DNA of 64,000 nt from Octopus vulgaris (GCA_951406725.2 OX597821.1:12958001-13022000), one strand, 5' to 3'. Shown: positions 26,991 through 41,398, counted from the first letter of the stretch. Numbers and translations are program-made. The notes: generated by a model not told the origin, from the letters alone.

Positions 26991-27086
26991 TGTATGTATG
27001 TATGTATGTATGTATGTATGTATATATGTATGTATGTAAGTATGTATGTGTGTATGTATGTATGTATGTATGTATGTATAGGCAGT

Positions 27087-27324
27087 AAGTACAGTTGTCA
27101 CTAAAGTGAAGGATGGTACTAGTAAGCAACATCATTGCTAGAAGTAAGAGTCAAAATAAGCCTTAGCCACATTAGAGCGCTTTTCTAATGGCTGATAAGG
27201 GAGGCAGGCTCTCTCCATACGAAAAGCGAGGTACTCTCACGTGGCTAAGATCTGTTTTGACTCTTATTTCTAGCAATATCGGTGCTTAGCAGCGCCCTCC
27301 GTCACTTAAATGATAACTGTACTT
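27087..27324. mobile_element. Palindromic MITE-like element (~85-bp imperfect arms)
   Basis: AAGTACAGTTGTCA...TTGCTAGAAGTAAGAGTCAAAA...TTAGCCAC is inverted relative to GTGGCTAAG...TTTTGACTCTTATTTCTAGCAA...TGATAACTGTACTT. Confidence 0.8.
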
Positions 27325-27411
27325 GTTGCCTGTCGGTTCTAAATTGCAAGTAACCACCTTATTATTTTATATACATGCACACACAGACACAGACACAGAC
27401 ACACAGACACA

Positions 27412-27523
<112 letters not shown>

Positions 27524-28716
27524 TACATATAATGCATTGACAATCAGTTTGCATTTTGCTTGCTTGTAGTGATATTCAGCCAAACTGGCGCATAATGGGA
27601 AAGTACTATGAATTAAGTTTACCCCGAAATGTTAACATGAACGGAATAAAACAAGTTTCGCGTAAATCGGTAAACTGGTTCTCAAGATATTAGAAATAAT
27701 CTTCATCCTGCAAGGGATGAAGATCTTTTCTTTCTATTAGACAGTGAGTTAACAACGAAATAATCTGATTTTTTTTTTAGAGTAAATATTTCTATTTTCG
27801 CATGACCATCTGCCTAGCAAATGGGAAGCAGTAATTGAAATAGATGGTGAATATGCTCCGGAGTAATCATTTAACGATGTTTTTGTTACATGTTGTTCTT
27901 GTTTTTTTTTAATAAAATTTGCAGGATAAAGCCGCAAAATTTATGTACCAACCCAATATATAACTTCCTGCTTTTCTTTTTTCTCTTAGTTACATATAAA
28001 AACTGTTGGCTCTCACATTTCTCCTACTTTTCTTTGTATTTATAACAATACTACTCCTTATTTCTTATCATGCTTTTCTGTAAGTTTTACCGTTTCACAA
28101 CTGCCATGGTTCTAGCAAATGGTATTTCTATTCAAGTGTTTTATTTTGTACTAATACTCCTCCTTTTCATTCCACTTCTTGCGTCTTATCCTATGTTCTT
28201 CATGTCAATTCTTTATCTCTTTATTTTTTCGATCTTCTGGTGCTGTTGCTAAGTCGCTTTATGTGTGTGTCAATCTCTCTCTCTCACTTTAATATATGTG
28301 TGCGCATGTTTGCGTATATATAAATACGTGTGTTTGTGTGGCTTTAAGTCGAATACATTGTTTGTTTCATTGCACACTTTGCGAAACTTCTCCGGAAAAA
28401 TTACTCCCTACACATATACACACGTACACGTTCCCAAACACACACATACATACACACACTCACATCCGCACATAAGCAGACACACATATACCTTTATACA
28501 GAAATACACAGAAACACACTCCTACGCAGACAGGCATTCACGAACACCTGCAAGCGCTGGTGCTATGTTTGGGTTCTTCAAAAGAAATTATGGTTGCCCT
28601 TAATATCGTCTAAAAGAAGCATAAATCACATGCATATACTTTAGTGTGCAAAATCGAAATCAAATACTAATATGTACATATATACACATATATGTGCATA
28701 TATACACATATATTTG

Positions 28717-28748
<32 letters not shown>

Positions 28749-28829
28749 TGTATGTATGCATGTGTGTAGGTGTGTGTGTGTGCGTGTGATTCTGTGTTTA
28801 TATATAGACACGCATACATACACACACAT

Positions 28830-28873
<44 letters not shown>

Positions 28874-28999
28874 AGAGAGAGGGGGAAAGAGAGTGAGAGA
28901 GAAAAAAAGATAAATAGATAGATAGATAGATAGATAATTAGATAGATAGATAATCAGACAGACAGACAGGCAAGCAGGCGGACAGACAGGCAGTCAGGC

Positions 29000-29088
<89 letters not shown>

Positions 29089-29094
29089 TACATA

Positions 29095-30250
29095 TACATA
29101 TAAAAATGTCAATACAACAAGATGAAATGAACACACTTTATTACAAATCACTACAATTTTTTCTGCGCATCAGTATCGGCTGGTAATTACTGAATGTTAC
29201 ATATAATAAACATATTATTGCATTAATATGATCCAACACTAGCTGCATACAGGCACATCCTCTGGTGAGTAAGATCCAAAGCACTAATAGATCATCTTTA
29301 GTTCCTCAGTGTTTTATACCCACTCCATAAAGCTATTTCTAACATTCCATTGACAAAGAACAAAACTGAAATACTAAGACATACAAATGACAAAAAAGAA
29401 ATACATAAACTAAATTAATGGAAATGGAAAAAAAGAAACATCTTATTTGTTCCATCCTTAATGACGGACTTGTCTTGCATTTTAGGAAAATAAATGAACA
29501 TTCTCAGATAATAATGTCGGAAATTGATAGACATGAACAATTACTTTGTCTCTTGTGCTTGTTACTGTTCCACTTCAAAGGAAATCAGTGACATATGATG
29601 AGTTTCTTAGCACAGAAGAAGACCAACACTCTTCAACTTACAGAACTAATTTTGGCTGTGTATCTTTACTGTCACCGGCTTAGTCTCCGTTGCTTTACAA
29701 GTCATTAAGAGAGAAGCCATTAAACCAAGATTTACTTGCTCGCTCCCTTATACATGCATATACATTTATTTAATACTAATGTACATACACACGTATAAAC
29801 GCATGCATATATCTATGTAAGTATACATTCAAATTTTCACTCTCATTAATGCGTATCCTTTCATGCTTCTGTACTTATAAGCCTCCAAATATGCTCCTAT
29901 AGAAATACTTCTTCCCACATTTATATCCATCCATTTACAAATCTGAGTTTATCCTCAAAAGAGAAATATATGATATAATTTTCTTTGTCAATGGAACACT
30001 AAAGATGTAGATGTAAAACAAAGAGAAACTAAACATGATCTAGCAGAGCTTTGGACCTTCTTCCCCTTCAGGCGTGCGTGTATATATCTTTTACTGGATC
30101 ACATTTATGTAACAATGTGTATAATAGATTTATGTACAATATATGTAATATTCAGCACTTACCAGCTGATACTGATGCGCCGAAACAATTGCAGTAATTT
30201 GTAATAAAGTTTATTCATTCCAACTTGCCATGTTAAAATTATTTTGTATA
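29095..30250. mobile_element. ~1.15-kb element bounded by ~120-bp imperfect TIRs (unclassified DNA transposon)
   Basis: ACTTTATTACAAATCACTACAATT..GCGCATCAGTATCGGCTGGTAA (29134-29186) is the reverse complement of TTACCAGCTGATACTGATGCGC..AATTGCAGTAATTTGTAATAAAGT (30159-30210). Confidence 0.7.
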
Positions 30251-30323
30251 GATCCCACGTATACTCGCAGATTTCCACATACTTATCCAGTAAAAGGAGA
30301 ATTTGCACTGTATGGTAGCATCT

Positions 30324-30383
<60 letters not shown>

Positions 30384-30388
<5 letters not shown>

Positions 30389-30625
30389 GAGTAAACACAT
30401 AAATGTGAAACAAGGTGGAAAAAAGAGTACTCAAATACCAGTGGTAGAGTAATATGCTTTATTTTAAGCAGCAGAAAATTCAACAAAATCTGTTACTCTG
30501 AGTTTCTCGTTGCCGTTCATCAGACAGTTTTTGCTAGAACGGAACTGATATATTGAATTGATATATCAGTTCCATATCAGAGTAACAGATTTTGTTGAAT
30601 TTTCTGCTGCTTAAAATAAAGTATA
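30384..30625 (-). mobile_element. Penelope-like pLTR/retrozyme-like unit in (TA)n with inverted partial copy
   Basis: 30457-30500 is inverted at 30578-30621; internal hairpin GGAACTGATATA/TATATCAGTTCC; contains a hammerhead motif. Confidence 0.75.
30490..30527 (-). ncRNA. Minimal type I hammerhead ribozyme
   Basis: Minus strand CTGT-CTGATGA-ACG(GCAA)CGA-GAAAC-TCAGA-GTA^ACAG: intact core, GNRA-capped stem II, stem III ACT/AGT, GUA cleavage triplet, stem I CTGT/ACAG. Confidence 0.75.
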
Positions 30626-31594
30626 TATATATATATACATACATACATACATACATACATACATACATACATACATACATACATACATACATCTATATAC
30701 ACATACATGTGTGTGTGTGTGTATTAAGCGTTAAACATTCTCAAATTCATAAATCCTGAAATTTTCCCTGTAAACTGAAACTTCTTTGGAATTGATCGAC
30801 ATATCTCTTCAGACGTCAGTGCAGGGGATACTATTACCAGACATCATGCGAGGATAGGGAAGGCCTTGGTTATAGGAATACGAACGCGTGGAAGCGTGCG
30901 TTTTCGTCTCTGTGGGCGTATGTCAGTCTAATGGCTTATGATAATCATATGTTACATATATACGAAGACAAACACAAATATACATACATACATACATACA
31001 TACATACATACATACATACATACATACATACATGCATACATATATATAGATATGTATATATGAAAGCAACAATTTGTCTAGCAGTTGACCTATTTATATT
31101 AACTTTTGTAATACTTCGCCTCCTATCGATCTCTCGCTATCTAACGAATCAATTCAAATATTAATATTATTGTACTCTTGTAATTGTTTTCTTTTGTCTA
31201 AGTATAATATTGTCTTGGAATAATAATGTCTGGGCATTTGTTAGTAGTATTATTGCATTAGAATAATAATCGCGTATTTTGATTAATATATGTATTGTTA
31301 TAAAACCGATTAGTGTTGGCATAGATGCTATTAAGCAATTTCTATGGTTAAGGAAGAAATTATTTAATTCAATTGACCGGTGCATCTTGTAATTTTAGAT
31401 CAGAACAGGTAAGACTATATATCTAATTCAAGAACTGCTACATATGTCGCTAATGCCTATCGTACCTGTATTGAACATATCATAAATTGTTTCGAATCGT
31501 CATCATGATCGGTTATTTCTTATAAATCGCCATTGCATTAATTATATAACGCAAGTTTAATGTTATCAAGCGCATTGAGAGATGAATACAGTCA

Positions 31595-31640
<46 letters not shown>

Positions 31641-31654
31641 GAGAGATAAAGTGT

Positions 31655-31695
<41 letters not shown>

Positions 31696-31949
31696 TGTTG
31701 TCACCTTACTAAGTGACAAGTTTTGATTAAAAACGCAGGAAGTTTTTAATTACAAGTCTATCAGCACAACACATCAGCTACAAAAAGATTTTCATTATAA
31801 AACAACATAGTTATTTTTTTGCCTGTTTATGTGTGCGTATGTGTGAAAGAGAAAGAGACGGGGGAAAGAGTGTTTTTGTGTCTATATGTGAAAGATATAT
31901 AGCTAAACTGTTGTCACCATAGTAACTAACGAAACTTTCACAATATAAC

Positions 31950-32810
31950 AGTAACTATTAACAGGTGGTACGTGCATGGCTAACAAATATTTCTATCGGC
32001 AGTGTATCAACGGAGAAAATTGTCTAGTAATATATGTGATTTTCGGAAATGTACTTACACGGCAAGTTGATGTAGACTATGCCGTTGCTGTCGGAATGGA
32101 GGATCATCTGTCTCTTAGTATCTTAGTGTCTGGATCACAACTGTAGATCCAGCTTTCGTCACAAGTTACCAGAGACTCAAGTACTCTTGGAATAAATATA
32201 ATGTACTCAACTACCTTCCTCTCATCATCAACGTCTATCTTCTGCTGTTTGTCACTGGACACCGTAAAAACAAATTTTGCGCATTTTTAGATATTCATAA
32301 ATCTGTGAACAGTAGCCACATCAACTCCAAACTGTAAGGTGATTGTCTTTATAAATATATGACAGTGTTCACCCAGAAAATTGCGAATATTCTCAAGCAA
32401 CTTTGTTCTGACAGCCTTTTCCTTCCCACTCTCGAAGTACTCTTGCCTCTCCTCTGCTGTCATTGAACCTCTTGTGCTAGCGAAAAACAAAAACATCGGC
32501 TCCTAAAACTTAATCCACAATCAGTATAGAACATTTCATACATATCTGTAGCGTTCTTGCCCTGTTTAACACAAAACTTTATTGCGTAGCGTGCTTACAA
32601 ATTGTCTTTATGTCAGCGGTGACAAGCAGAGTTTAGTAGGGCCTGTTCAAGGTGCTTTTACAATCGTCCCCTTCAATCTGAAATTTACAAAAAAGGAAAG
32701 AAAAGTTGGCAGAACAGGTTAGATATATTGAAATGATATACTAAAATTAAGATAATCTAGAGAAGTTATAACTGCCTTTCCTAAAAGAGTTTCAAACTTT
32801 CTGAAATGTA
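31950..32810 (-). mobile_element. Degenerate mariner element (transposase pseudogene)
   Basis: Minus-strand LESLVTCDESWIYSCDPDTK (first catalytic D motif, TxDExW) and an HTH relic FIKTITLQFGVDVATVHR. Confidence 0.75.
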
Positions 32811-32959
32811 TTTCATAACAGAAACTATTCACGCAGAACACGTTTTTAATAATTGCCGTGAAAAAAATATACCCCAGACACGCAGTATGTACTCTATGCT
32901 TTCACCATCCAACAGCAAAATAAATTACTGTAGATACTCATCATATACACCATCCAACA

Positions 32960-33620
32960 CTAAAGCTCACAGCAGCTCAGGACACAGCTGTACCAATAAC
33001 GCTCAGATATAGTGATCTTCTGAAATTCCAACCAAGCAGGTGACCGTGTGGAAATTGACTGTACGCTTGGGGGAATTTCGAAAGAGGAAGTGTGCCAAAT
33101 ACTAGGAGCTGGAAGAATAGTGCAGAAATCATAGCCGAGAACTATAATGTGAGACAAGCGAAGAAAGTGCAGTGAAAAGGAGGGCTATAGATTCCATCAC
33201 TGAAGCTGCAGAGAAGGCCACTAAGTGGCTTTCGATAAAGATGCATGACCAGTGGTTTGTGCCAATGGTATGTAAACTAGGCGGCGAGCTGGCAGAAACG
33301 TTAACACGCCGGGCGAAATGCTTAGGGGTATTTCGTCTGCGTTACGTTGTGAGTTCAAATTCCGCCGAGGTCGACTTTGCCTTTCATCCTTTCGGGGTCG
33401 ATAAATTAAGTACCAGTTACGCACTGGGGTCGATATAATCGACTTAATACCTATGTCTGTCCTTGTTTGTCCTTTCTGTGTTCAGCCCCGTGTGGTTAAT
33501 AAAGAAATAGGTGTGTAAACTAGCACCTTTTCAACCCCGGTCAACAGGGCGAAGGTGTCTGATGCTGAAAGACCCCACGTCCTAGAATCATCATTGACGA
33601 TGCATCCCATAGCACCCTCG
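32960..33620 (+). mobile_element. Hero-like RLE-type LINE 3' fragment, interrupted by a SINE
   Basis: Relics of the restriction-like endonuclease motifs (.DIVIF; LTV; KY..L...C) and RRAIDSITEAAEKATKWL.IK...W, then a 3' UTR after the SINE. Confidence 0.65.
33281..33513 (+). mobile_element. SINE family M, full length, with Tx1-like tail
   Basis: A-box TGGCAGAAACG and B-box GAGTTCAAATTCC; TSD TGTAAACTAG (33271-33280 / 33514-33523). Confidence 0.92.
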
Positions 33621-34087
33621 GGATTTTTACTGATGATTACTTTTTCTTTTCTTGCTGTGCGTCAAGTGAAGAATAAAAGTATCCACACTATACAAATACA
33701 AGTATACATAGCTGATACACTCTTCCCCATACAGTTGAACTTTCGAGAGCCAATAGCTAAACCCCAGAGAAACAAATTAAGTGCCCTTCACAAATACTGA
33801 GCAGCAAGCAGCATCTTCGATCACTGTCACCCACCCTTATCAGAGAAGACTGTATGATACTAATTTCTTCACCCACGTCCCTTCCTTTCGAAATGGTTCT
33901 TTAAAAAGTCAACTAGGGCTTCAGCGAAGAGGAAAATATTTATAATTAGTCATATCACCATCGTCCATTACACAACATCTTGCGCCATAGGAAGCAGACG
34001 AAGGTAAATTATCTACATTTGATGACGGACATTGAAGCAAGCTTCAAGATGTTTTATATGTGATAACGTTCATAATGATGATAATAA

Positions 34088-34765
34088 TAACTGTTCCTAC
34101 TGTAGGCACAAAACCTAGAATTTTCGATGCACTTTGTAAGTCAAATACCTGGACATCAGTGCTCAACTGGTATTTATTTTATCGTCACTGAAAGGATGAA
34201 AGGCAAACTCGACTCCTGCGGAATTTCTATTCAGAACTTAAAAACAGACAAAGCCCCTAAGCATTTAACCCACTTGGTTAACAATTCTGCCAGCTTGACG
34301 CCTTAACAGCAACAACAGTAATAATATTTTCTACTGTAGGCAAAAGGCCCAGAATTTTGGGGAGGGGGTCAGTCGATTACATCGAGCCCAGTGTGTAACT
34401 GGTACTTAATTTATCGACCCCGAAATGATGAAAGGCAAAGTCGACCTCGGCGGAATTTGAACTCAGAACGTAACGGCAGACGAAATACGGCTACGTATTT
34501 CGCCCGGCGTGCTAACGATACTGCCAGCTGGTCGCCTTAACAACAACAACAATAATAATAGTAATGATTTCAATTTTTGGTACACGGACAAGTTCGGGGA
34601 AGGGGTAAGTCCATTGCAGCTACCCCAGTATTCAACTGGTACTTACTTTATCGACCCCGAAAAGACGAAAAACAAAATCGAACCCAGCGGAATTTGAACT
34701 TAGAACGCAATACGGTTAAGCATTTCGCTGGGCGCGCTAGCGATTCTTCCAGCTTGCCACCTTCA
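34088..34765 (-). mobile_element. Head-to-tail array of three family M SINEs separated by (AAC/AAT)n
   Basis: Copies at ~34088-34305, 34325-34540 and 34565-34765. Confidence 0.85.
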
Positions 34766-34770
34766 CAACA

Positions 34771-34802
<32 letters not shown>

Positions 34803-35431
34803 CACAAAAATAACAACAACAACAACGAATGATGTTTGATCGAATTCTGCTTCTACTCTGCCAAGTCTTATTGTTTGGGAAGCGAACATCCCTACTTCAT
34901 TATTTGTGAACATCTGTTCTCCTCTACATTCCAACTCAAAATATCTCAACAATTGGAAATTGTTACAATCGATATACCTTGGAATAAATAATTAGATCAA
35001 GAATCAGCTTGTCAGGAAACCATGTACCTGCAGGTAATTTCCAGCATATTTTCCAGTTAACAATACATGAGTTATGCCAAGCAGGTAGTGGGTTTGGGGT
35101 AACGTGGTTGGTTATCTGTACATAACCAGCACATTTACTAACGCATTGTGTTGCACATCGATTTCATATTTATATTACCGAACTCGACCTGTTGAGCTCA
35201 TATTGCATGTTTCAATGCTATTGTCAGTTACTGGTGAATAAATTTGATTTCGTCGACACTACGGGAAAATCTTTGCAGCAAATATACAAATTCGCAGAAA
35301 CGCACTCACGCACACACAAACAATCACACACACACAAACAAACACACAAGCAGACACACACACGCTCACATGCAAGCACACTTACACATATATGCAAGTA
35401 TGTATGTATTTAGCACAGTATGTATGCATAA

Positions 35432-35475
<44 letters not shown>

Positions 35476-35688
35476 TTTCAAGGCGATGCTCTAGCATGGC
35501 CGCTGTCAAATGACTGAAACAAGTAAAAGAACAAAAGAATAAAAGAATATATATGTATGTACATATACAGATTTATATATTTATATAGATACACACACAC
35601 ACACATATATATATGTACATATGCATGTATTATATGTAAAACAAGTAAAAAATAAAAGGATATATATATATGTATATATATATATGCA

Positions 35689-35739
<51 letters not shown>

Positions 35740-35882
35740 AGGTAAATAGATAGATCAATAGACAGGTAGACAGATACAGATATGTGAATATATGACAGTA
35801 TATGTCTGCATGCGTGGGCATGTGTGTTTGAGTGCATGAGTGTGTGCGTGTGTGTGTGTGTGCATACTGGCACGCATAATGT

Positions 35883-35918
<36 letters not shown>

Positions 35919-35919
35919 G

Positions 35920-35980
<61 letters not shown>

Positions 35981-36523
35981 TATTCATATTCAAGGCGTGA
36001 TTTAAAATATGCTTACTGTCTACCTGGCTGTGGCAAATATAATGATATAAGAATATCGATTGAATTCGACAAATAGAAATCCATTCATAGCAAATATTTT
36101 ATGCTATAAGTATAGATTGCCAAATTAAAAGCAATTCACCTGAGTGTCACTCTATCAACCGAATACATTTTGCAGGTATTAATATTTCCCACGAGTTATA
36201 CATTTCAAACACAAATCAAATATAATATATGAAATTCTGACGAAAGATATAATTTGAATATTTTATGAAATCTGGTTTAATGACAGAATGTCAGCCATTT
36301 TGTACCACTAAACATATAGAGAAAACGCATAGATACACGTACACGCATTCACACTGGAGGGGGGGGGGATAAAAGGCACGCATACGGTCGCATATAGCAC
36401 ACACATGTGCTTACATTCAGGCATGTACGTTTAAATATATACATATATATATGATATAGACAGATGCACATATATATGTATATATGTGTATACATATATA
36501 TATATATATATATCCGTATATAT

Positions 36524-36599
<76 letters not shown>

Positions 36600-37130
36600 G
36601 TATGTATCTATATATATATATGTGAGTGTGTGTGTGCGCGCGTATACAATATAGACAGATGCATATATATATATCTATATCTATATATATATATATATAA
36701 AATATAGGCAGATGCATATTTATATGTATATATATGTATGTCTGTTAGTGTGGGTGTGTAAGTGTATATATATATATATATATGCATGTATGTATGTATA
36801 TATATATATATATATATATATCGTTTTTAAAAGCAGATCATTGAAATTCAGACTAAGAGTAATGGAAGATTAAAGCATTATACTGCCTTACATCCGTACG
36901 TGTAGGTTTGAGTGTGTGCATATATGTATGTTTGTATGTGTATATAGATACCGGAATTCAGGTTTGACATATAATCACAGATCTTTCATATCGGCCACAT
37001 GCAAGAATGATTAAAATACTTGTGTTCACAACTGTATGCACATGAAATTATTTATCTCTTTTCACAAACGTGTGTATCTATGCATGTGTTTCTCTTTATA
37101 CCTAATTGAATTAGAATCCATGGATTAGTA

Positions 37131-37234
<104 letters not shown>

Positions 37235-37753
37235 TGGGCGCGCGCCCACACGTCTGTATGTGTGTATTTATGTATTCATATACACAATTTTATATACGTG
37301 AATGTACGTATACATGAACACAGTTATTTGTGTATATATAATGTATATATATATATACATATATATACATGTATATATATATGTATATATGTGTATATAT
37401 ATGTATATATATGTGTGTATATATATATATGTGTGTGTGTGTGTACGTAAGCATTTTTGTATGAATGTATTCTGTATTTTTGATAATATGCGTGTTAAAT
37501 TTTTGTATTCATGATAACTGACATTCATCTTAGCATTTTATGTGCCTGTGCGAATATCTTCTGTTGTTGCTAAATATATATTCTAACACTTTTGCAAAAG
37601 TTGTAACAAAGCAATCCCCATTTTTCTTGTTTTTGATGATGTTCTAATCTTTTTTCTACACATACACCAATATACATATATACATACATGTTTTACTTGC
37701 TTATGCACACATGTGCGTATATATATAGGAACAGAGAGAGAGAGAGAGAGAGG

Positions 37754-37841
<88 letters not shown>

Positions 37842-37871
37842 AAGAGAGAGAGAGAGAGCTAGATAGATAGT

Positions 37872-38708
37872 TGTCTGGCCAATAAATATTCGGACTGTTG
37901 TCATAGTAACGACAACGCTGACTGAAGCCGCTGGGCACGGATTGACCGAGAACTTTGTTGTGCATGCGCACTATGTTTTAACGTTCTATCACATTTCCGC
38001 TGTTTACAGTAGTGCTTGGTAGGAAGGTGTGTAGCGTGTGATCGTCTAACTGAACAAGACAGAGAAAGTTAAGCAGAGAATCTGCAATGTTTTACTCAGT
38101 GCTTATTTCTTTACTGCCCACAGAGAGGCAAACAAGGACATACAAACTGATTAAGTCGATTATATCGACCCAGTGCGTAACTGGTACTTATTTAATCGAC
38201 CCCGAAATGATCAAAGGCTAAGTCGACCTCAATGGAATTTGAACTCAGAATGTAGCAGCAGACGAAATATCTATTTCTTTACTACCCACAAGGGGCTAAA
38301 TACAAAGGGAACAAACAAGGATAGACAAACGGATTAAGTCGATTATATTGACTCCATTGCTTAACTGGTACTTATTTAATCGACCCCGAAAGGGTGAAAG
38401 GCAAAGTCGACCTCTGCGGAATTTGAACTCAGAACGTAACGACCAGACGAAACACCGCTATGCATTTCGCCCGGCGTGTTAACGTTTCTGCCAGCTGGCC
38501 GCCTTTTTACTCAGTTCTGGTGGTTGCGGGTCTCTGAGAACGTTCTTCAGTATCTATATTTTTTCTGCCAGCTTCAGAACATCTGCACCACCCATACTCT
38601 TGCGTGTGACTCCTACACACCTCTCCATACACTTTCTGCAAATTTGTGTAGGCCTCTGAGCAGGTATCGCAATGACAACAGTCCGGATACTTACTTATTG
38701 ATCATACC
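37872..38708 (+). mobile_element. Mariner-derived MITE interrupted by two family M SINEs (38105-38505, minus)
   Basis: TIRs TCTGGCCAATAAATATTCGGACTGTTGTCAT / ATGACAACAGTCCGGATAC...TTATTGATCA; same family as 58897-59793. Confidence 0.75.
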
Positions 38709-38715
38709 TGGTATT

Positions 38716-38775
<60 letters not shown>

Positions 38776-38778
38776 CAT

Positions 38779-39080
38779 GTGGAGGCGCAATGACCGCGGA
38801 CTCGCGGTCGTAGGATCGCGGTTTCGATTCCCAGACCGGGCATTGTGAGTGTTTATTGAGCAAAAACACCCAACGCTCCACGAGCCTCCAGCAGGGAATG
38901 GTGGCGATCCCCGCTGTACTCTTTCGCCACAACTTTCTCTCACTCTTTCTTCTGTTGGCCTGCTCGCTTAGCCAGCGGGGTGGCGTCATTTGAAGGCTAA
39001 AACAATGCGAAGCGCATTGTGGCCAGCGATGTGTGGCAACATCTAATAGCCTGGTCGGTCACGGTGATCACGGTGATATA
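38779..39080 (+). mobile_element. SINE family R, body 1 + tail B, within (TA)n
   Basis: Homologous to 24563-24850; the tail ends with a repeated CACGGTGAT. Confidence 0.9.
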
Positions 39081-39269
39081 TATATATTATCTTATTACTC
39101 TTCCAGTCGAGAAACTGTTCATACTGGCAAGTCTGAACATAGAATATGTAGAATATTTGGATAAAAGGCAGAGTCAAACCCTGCAGCATTTGATTTCACA
39201 ACTTAAAGCTAAGCATTTTTTTCCGGCGCAATGACAATTCTGCCATATCACAGCCCTAACAACGATAGT

Positions 39270-39800
39270 ATAAGTTCTAGGCTTACATGTATAAATCCTG
39301 GAGTCGATTTGCTCGACTAAAGGCGGTACTCCAGCATGACTGCAATCAAATGTCTCAAATGAGTAAAAGAATATATTTCATATATTATCTCTCTACGGCA
39401 TCGAAACTAAAAGCGAACATCAGGAATAGCTTCACAAGGTTCTGTAGTTAATGAACTTGCTATATGAGCAATATGATTTCGGGTTCAGTCCCATAGCTCA
39501 GCAACTTATAGCAAGTGTCCTCTAATATAGTTCTGGGCTAACCCTAGCTTTGCGAATGAAATAGGTAAACGGAGACCGTGTGGAAACCCGTTGTACGTAT
39601 GCGTGTATGCATGTGTTTGTATGTATATATTTCGCTGTCTGTGTTTGTTCCGCCACCACTTCAGAACAGGTGTTGGTTTGCTTACGTCTCCGTAAGCTAG
39701 TAATTTGGTGGATGAGATCGATAGAATAAGTACGAGAAAGTTAAAAATTCAGAACAGGGATTTCAGACCGAAGTCCAATGACTGAAACAAGTATAAAATA
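39270..39800 (+). mobile_element. SINE family K: a 3' fragment (39270-39372) and a diverged copy (39430-39800)
   Basis: GACTAAAGGCGGTACTCCAGCATG...; GGGTTCAGTCCCA...GATAGAATAAGTAC...TGACTGAAACAAGTA. Confidence 0.7.
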
Positions 39801-39804
39801 TATA

Positions 39805-40030
39805 TATTTCTTTATTGCCCACAGGGGGCTAAACATAGAGGGGACGAACAAGGAGAGACAAATGGATTAAGTCAATTATATCGACCCAAGTGCGTAACTG
39901 GTACTTAATTTATCGACCCCGAAAGGATGAAAGGCAAAGTCGACCTCGGCGGAATTTGAACTCAGAACATAACGGCAGACGGATACCACTGAGCATTTCG
40001 CCCGGCGTACTAACGATTCTGCCAGCTCAG
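39805..40030 (-). mobile_element. SINE family M with Tx1-like tail
   Basis: Reverse complement of the 33281-33513 type. Confidence 0.9.
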
Positions 40031-40129
40031 TAAAAAGACAATAAAAGAAAATTAAATAAAGCTTAAATAAAGTTCTTTCATTTAATTTTCGCAGCAATTA
40101 CGTAATTTCTTGCTCTCCCAATTTTTCTC

Positions 40130-40380
40130 TCTCCATCATTGTTCTCCCCCTTCCTCACATTCTGTTTATTGTATCAGGTGTACCTCGTATCTACCATGTT
40201 CTTTCTCCCTCCCTCACTCACATTCAGTTTTGTTTTGCCTCTCTCTCCACCTCCTCGAGTTTTGCTCATTCTCTATCGCTCCTGCCGCTCTGATATTCCC
40301 TCCTTTCTCTCACTTTTTCACGCTCACTTTCACTTTTTCCCTCTCTCTTTCATCATTCGCTCTTTTCTCTCACTCTCTCA

Positions 40381-40412
<32 letters not shown>

Positions 40413-41327
40413 TCTTTCATTTCTTCCTCTTCTATCATTTCTTTCTCTTTTCGTTGACCCCATCATGTTAACATATTTTCCTCCCAATTTTCCTCTCACA
40501 CCCACCTTCCACAGTTTGCTTGATTAAGCCTCTCTATTTCTATACGTGTCGTTCTCTCACTCTCTCTTTTTCTCTCTTTCTTTATCTCTTTATCGCTCTC
40601 CCTTTATTTCCCTTTCCCCTTTCTCCCTTACCCATAGCTGTCTCTGTTTTTATCTTTCGCTCGTTTTCCCGCTCCCAGTTTCCCTCCTTGTCTTTCTCTC
40701 TGTCTCGCGCTTTCCCTCTCTCTCCGTTTCTGTGTATCTGTCTCTCTCTCCATCTGTCTGTTTCTATGGCTTTTTATCTATATATCCCTCTTCTCTCTAT
40801 CCCTCTCTCTCTCTCTGTTTCTGCTTGTCTCTTTCTTACTTTCTCTCTCTCTCTTTCTGTATCTCTCTCTCTCTGTTTCTGTCTGTCTGTCTCTCTCTGT
40901 CCCTCACTCACTCTCTCTTTCACTCTCTCTCTGTTTCTGTATGTCTATTTTTGTCTCTCTCTGTATCTATCTTTCACTCTCTCTCTGTTTATGTCTGTCT
41001 CTGTCTCTTACTTTCCCTCTCTCTCCGTTTCTGTCTATATCTATTCCTTTTTCTGTCTGTATCTATTCCTTTTTATCTATCTACCCCCATTCTCTCTCTC
41101 TATTTCTACTTGTCTATCTGTCTCTCTCTGTCTCTGTCTCTCTCTGTCTCTGCTTCTATCTGTCTGGCTGTCTCTCTCTCGCTCTGTCCCTCACTCACTC
41201 TCTCTGTTTCTGTATGTCTATCTCTGTCTCTCTCTCCGTCTATCTCTCACTCTCTCTCACTCTCTTTCTGTTTCTGTCTGTCTCTCTGTCTCTCTCTCAT
41301 ACTCTCTCGCTCTATTTCTGTCTGTCT

Positions 41328-41398
<71 letters not shown>

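Noticed and set aside
34088-34765. CRISPR-like repeat/spacer pattern
   Set aside because: The units are ~200-bp SINEs in a eukaryotic context, with no short constant repeats or cas genes.
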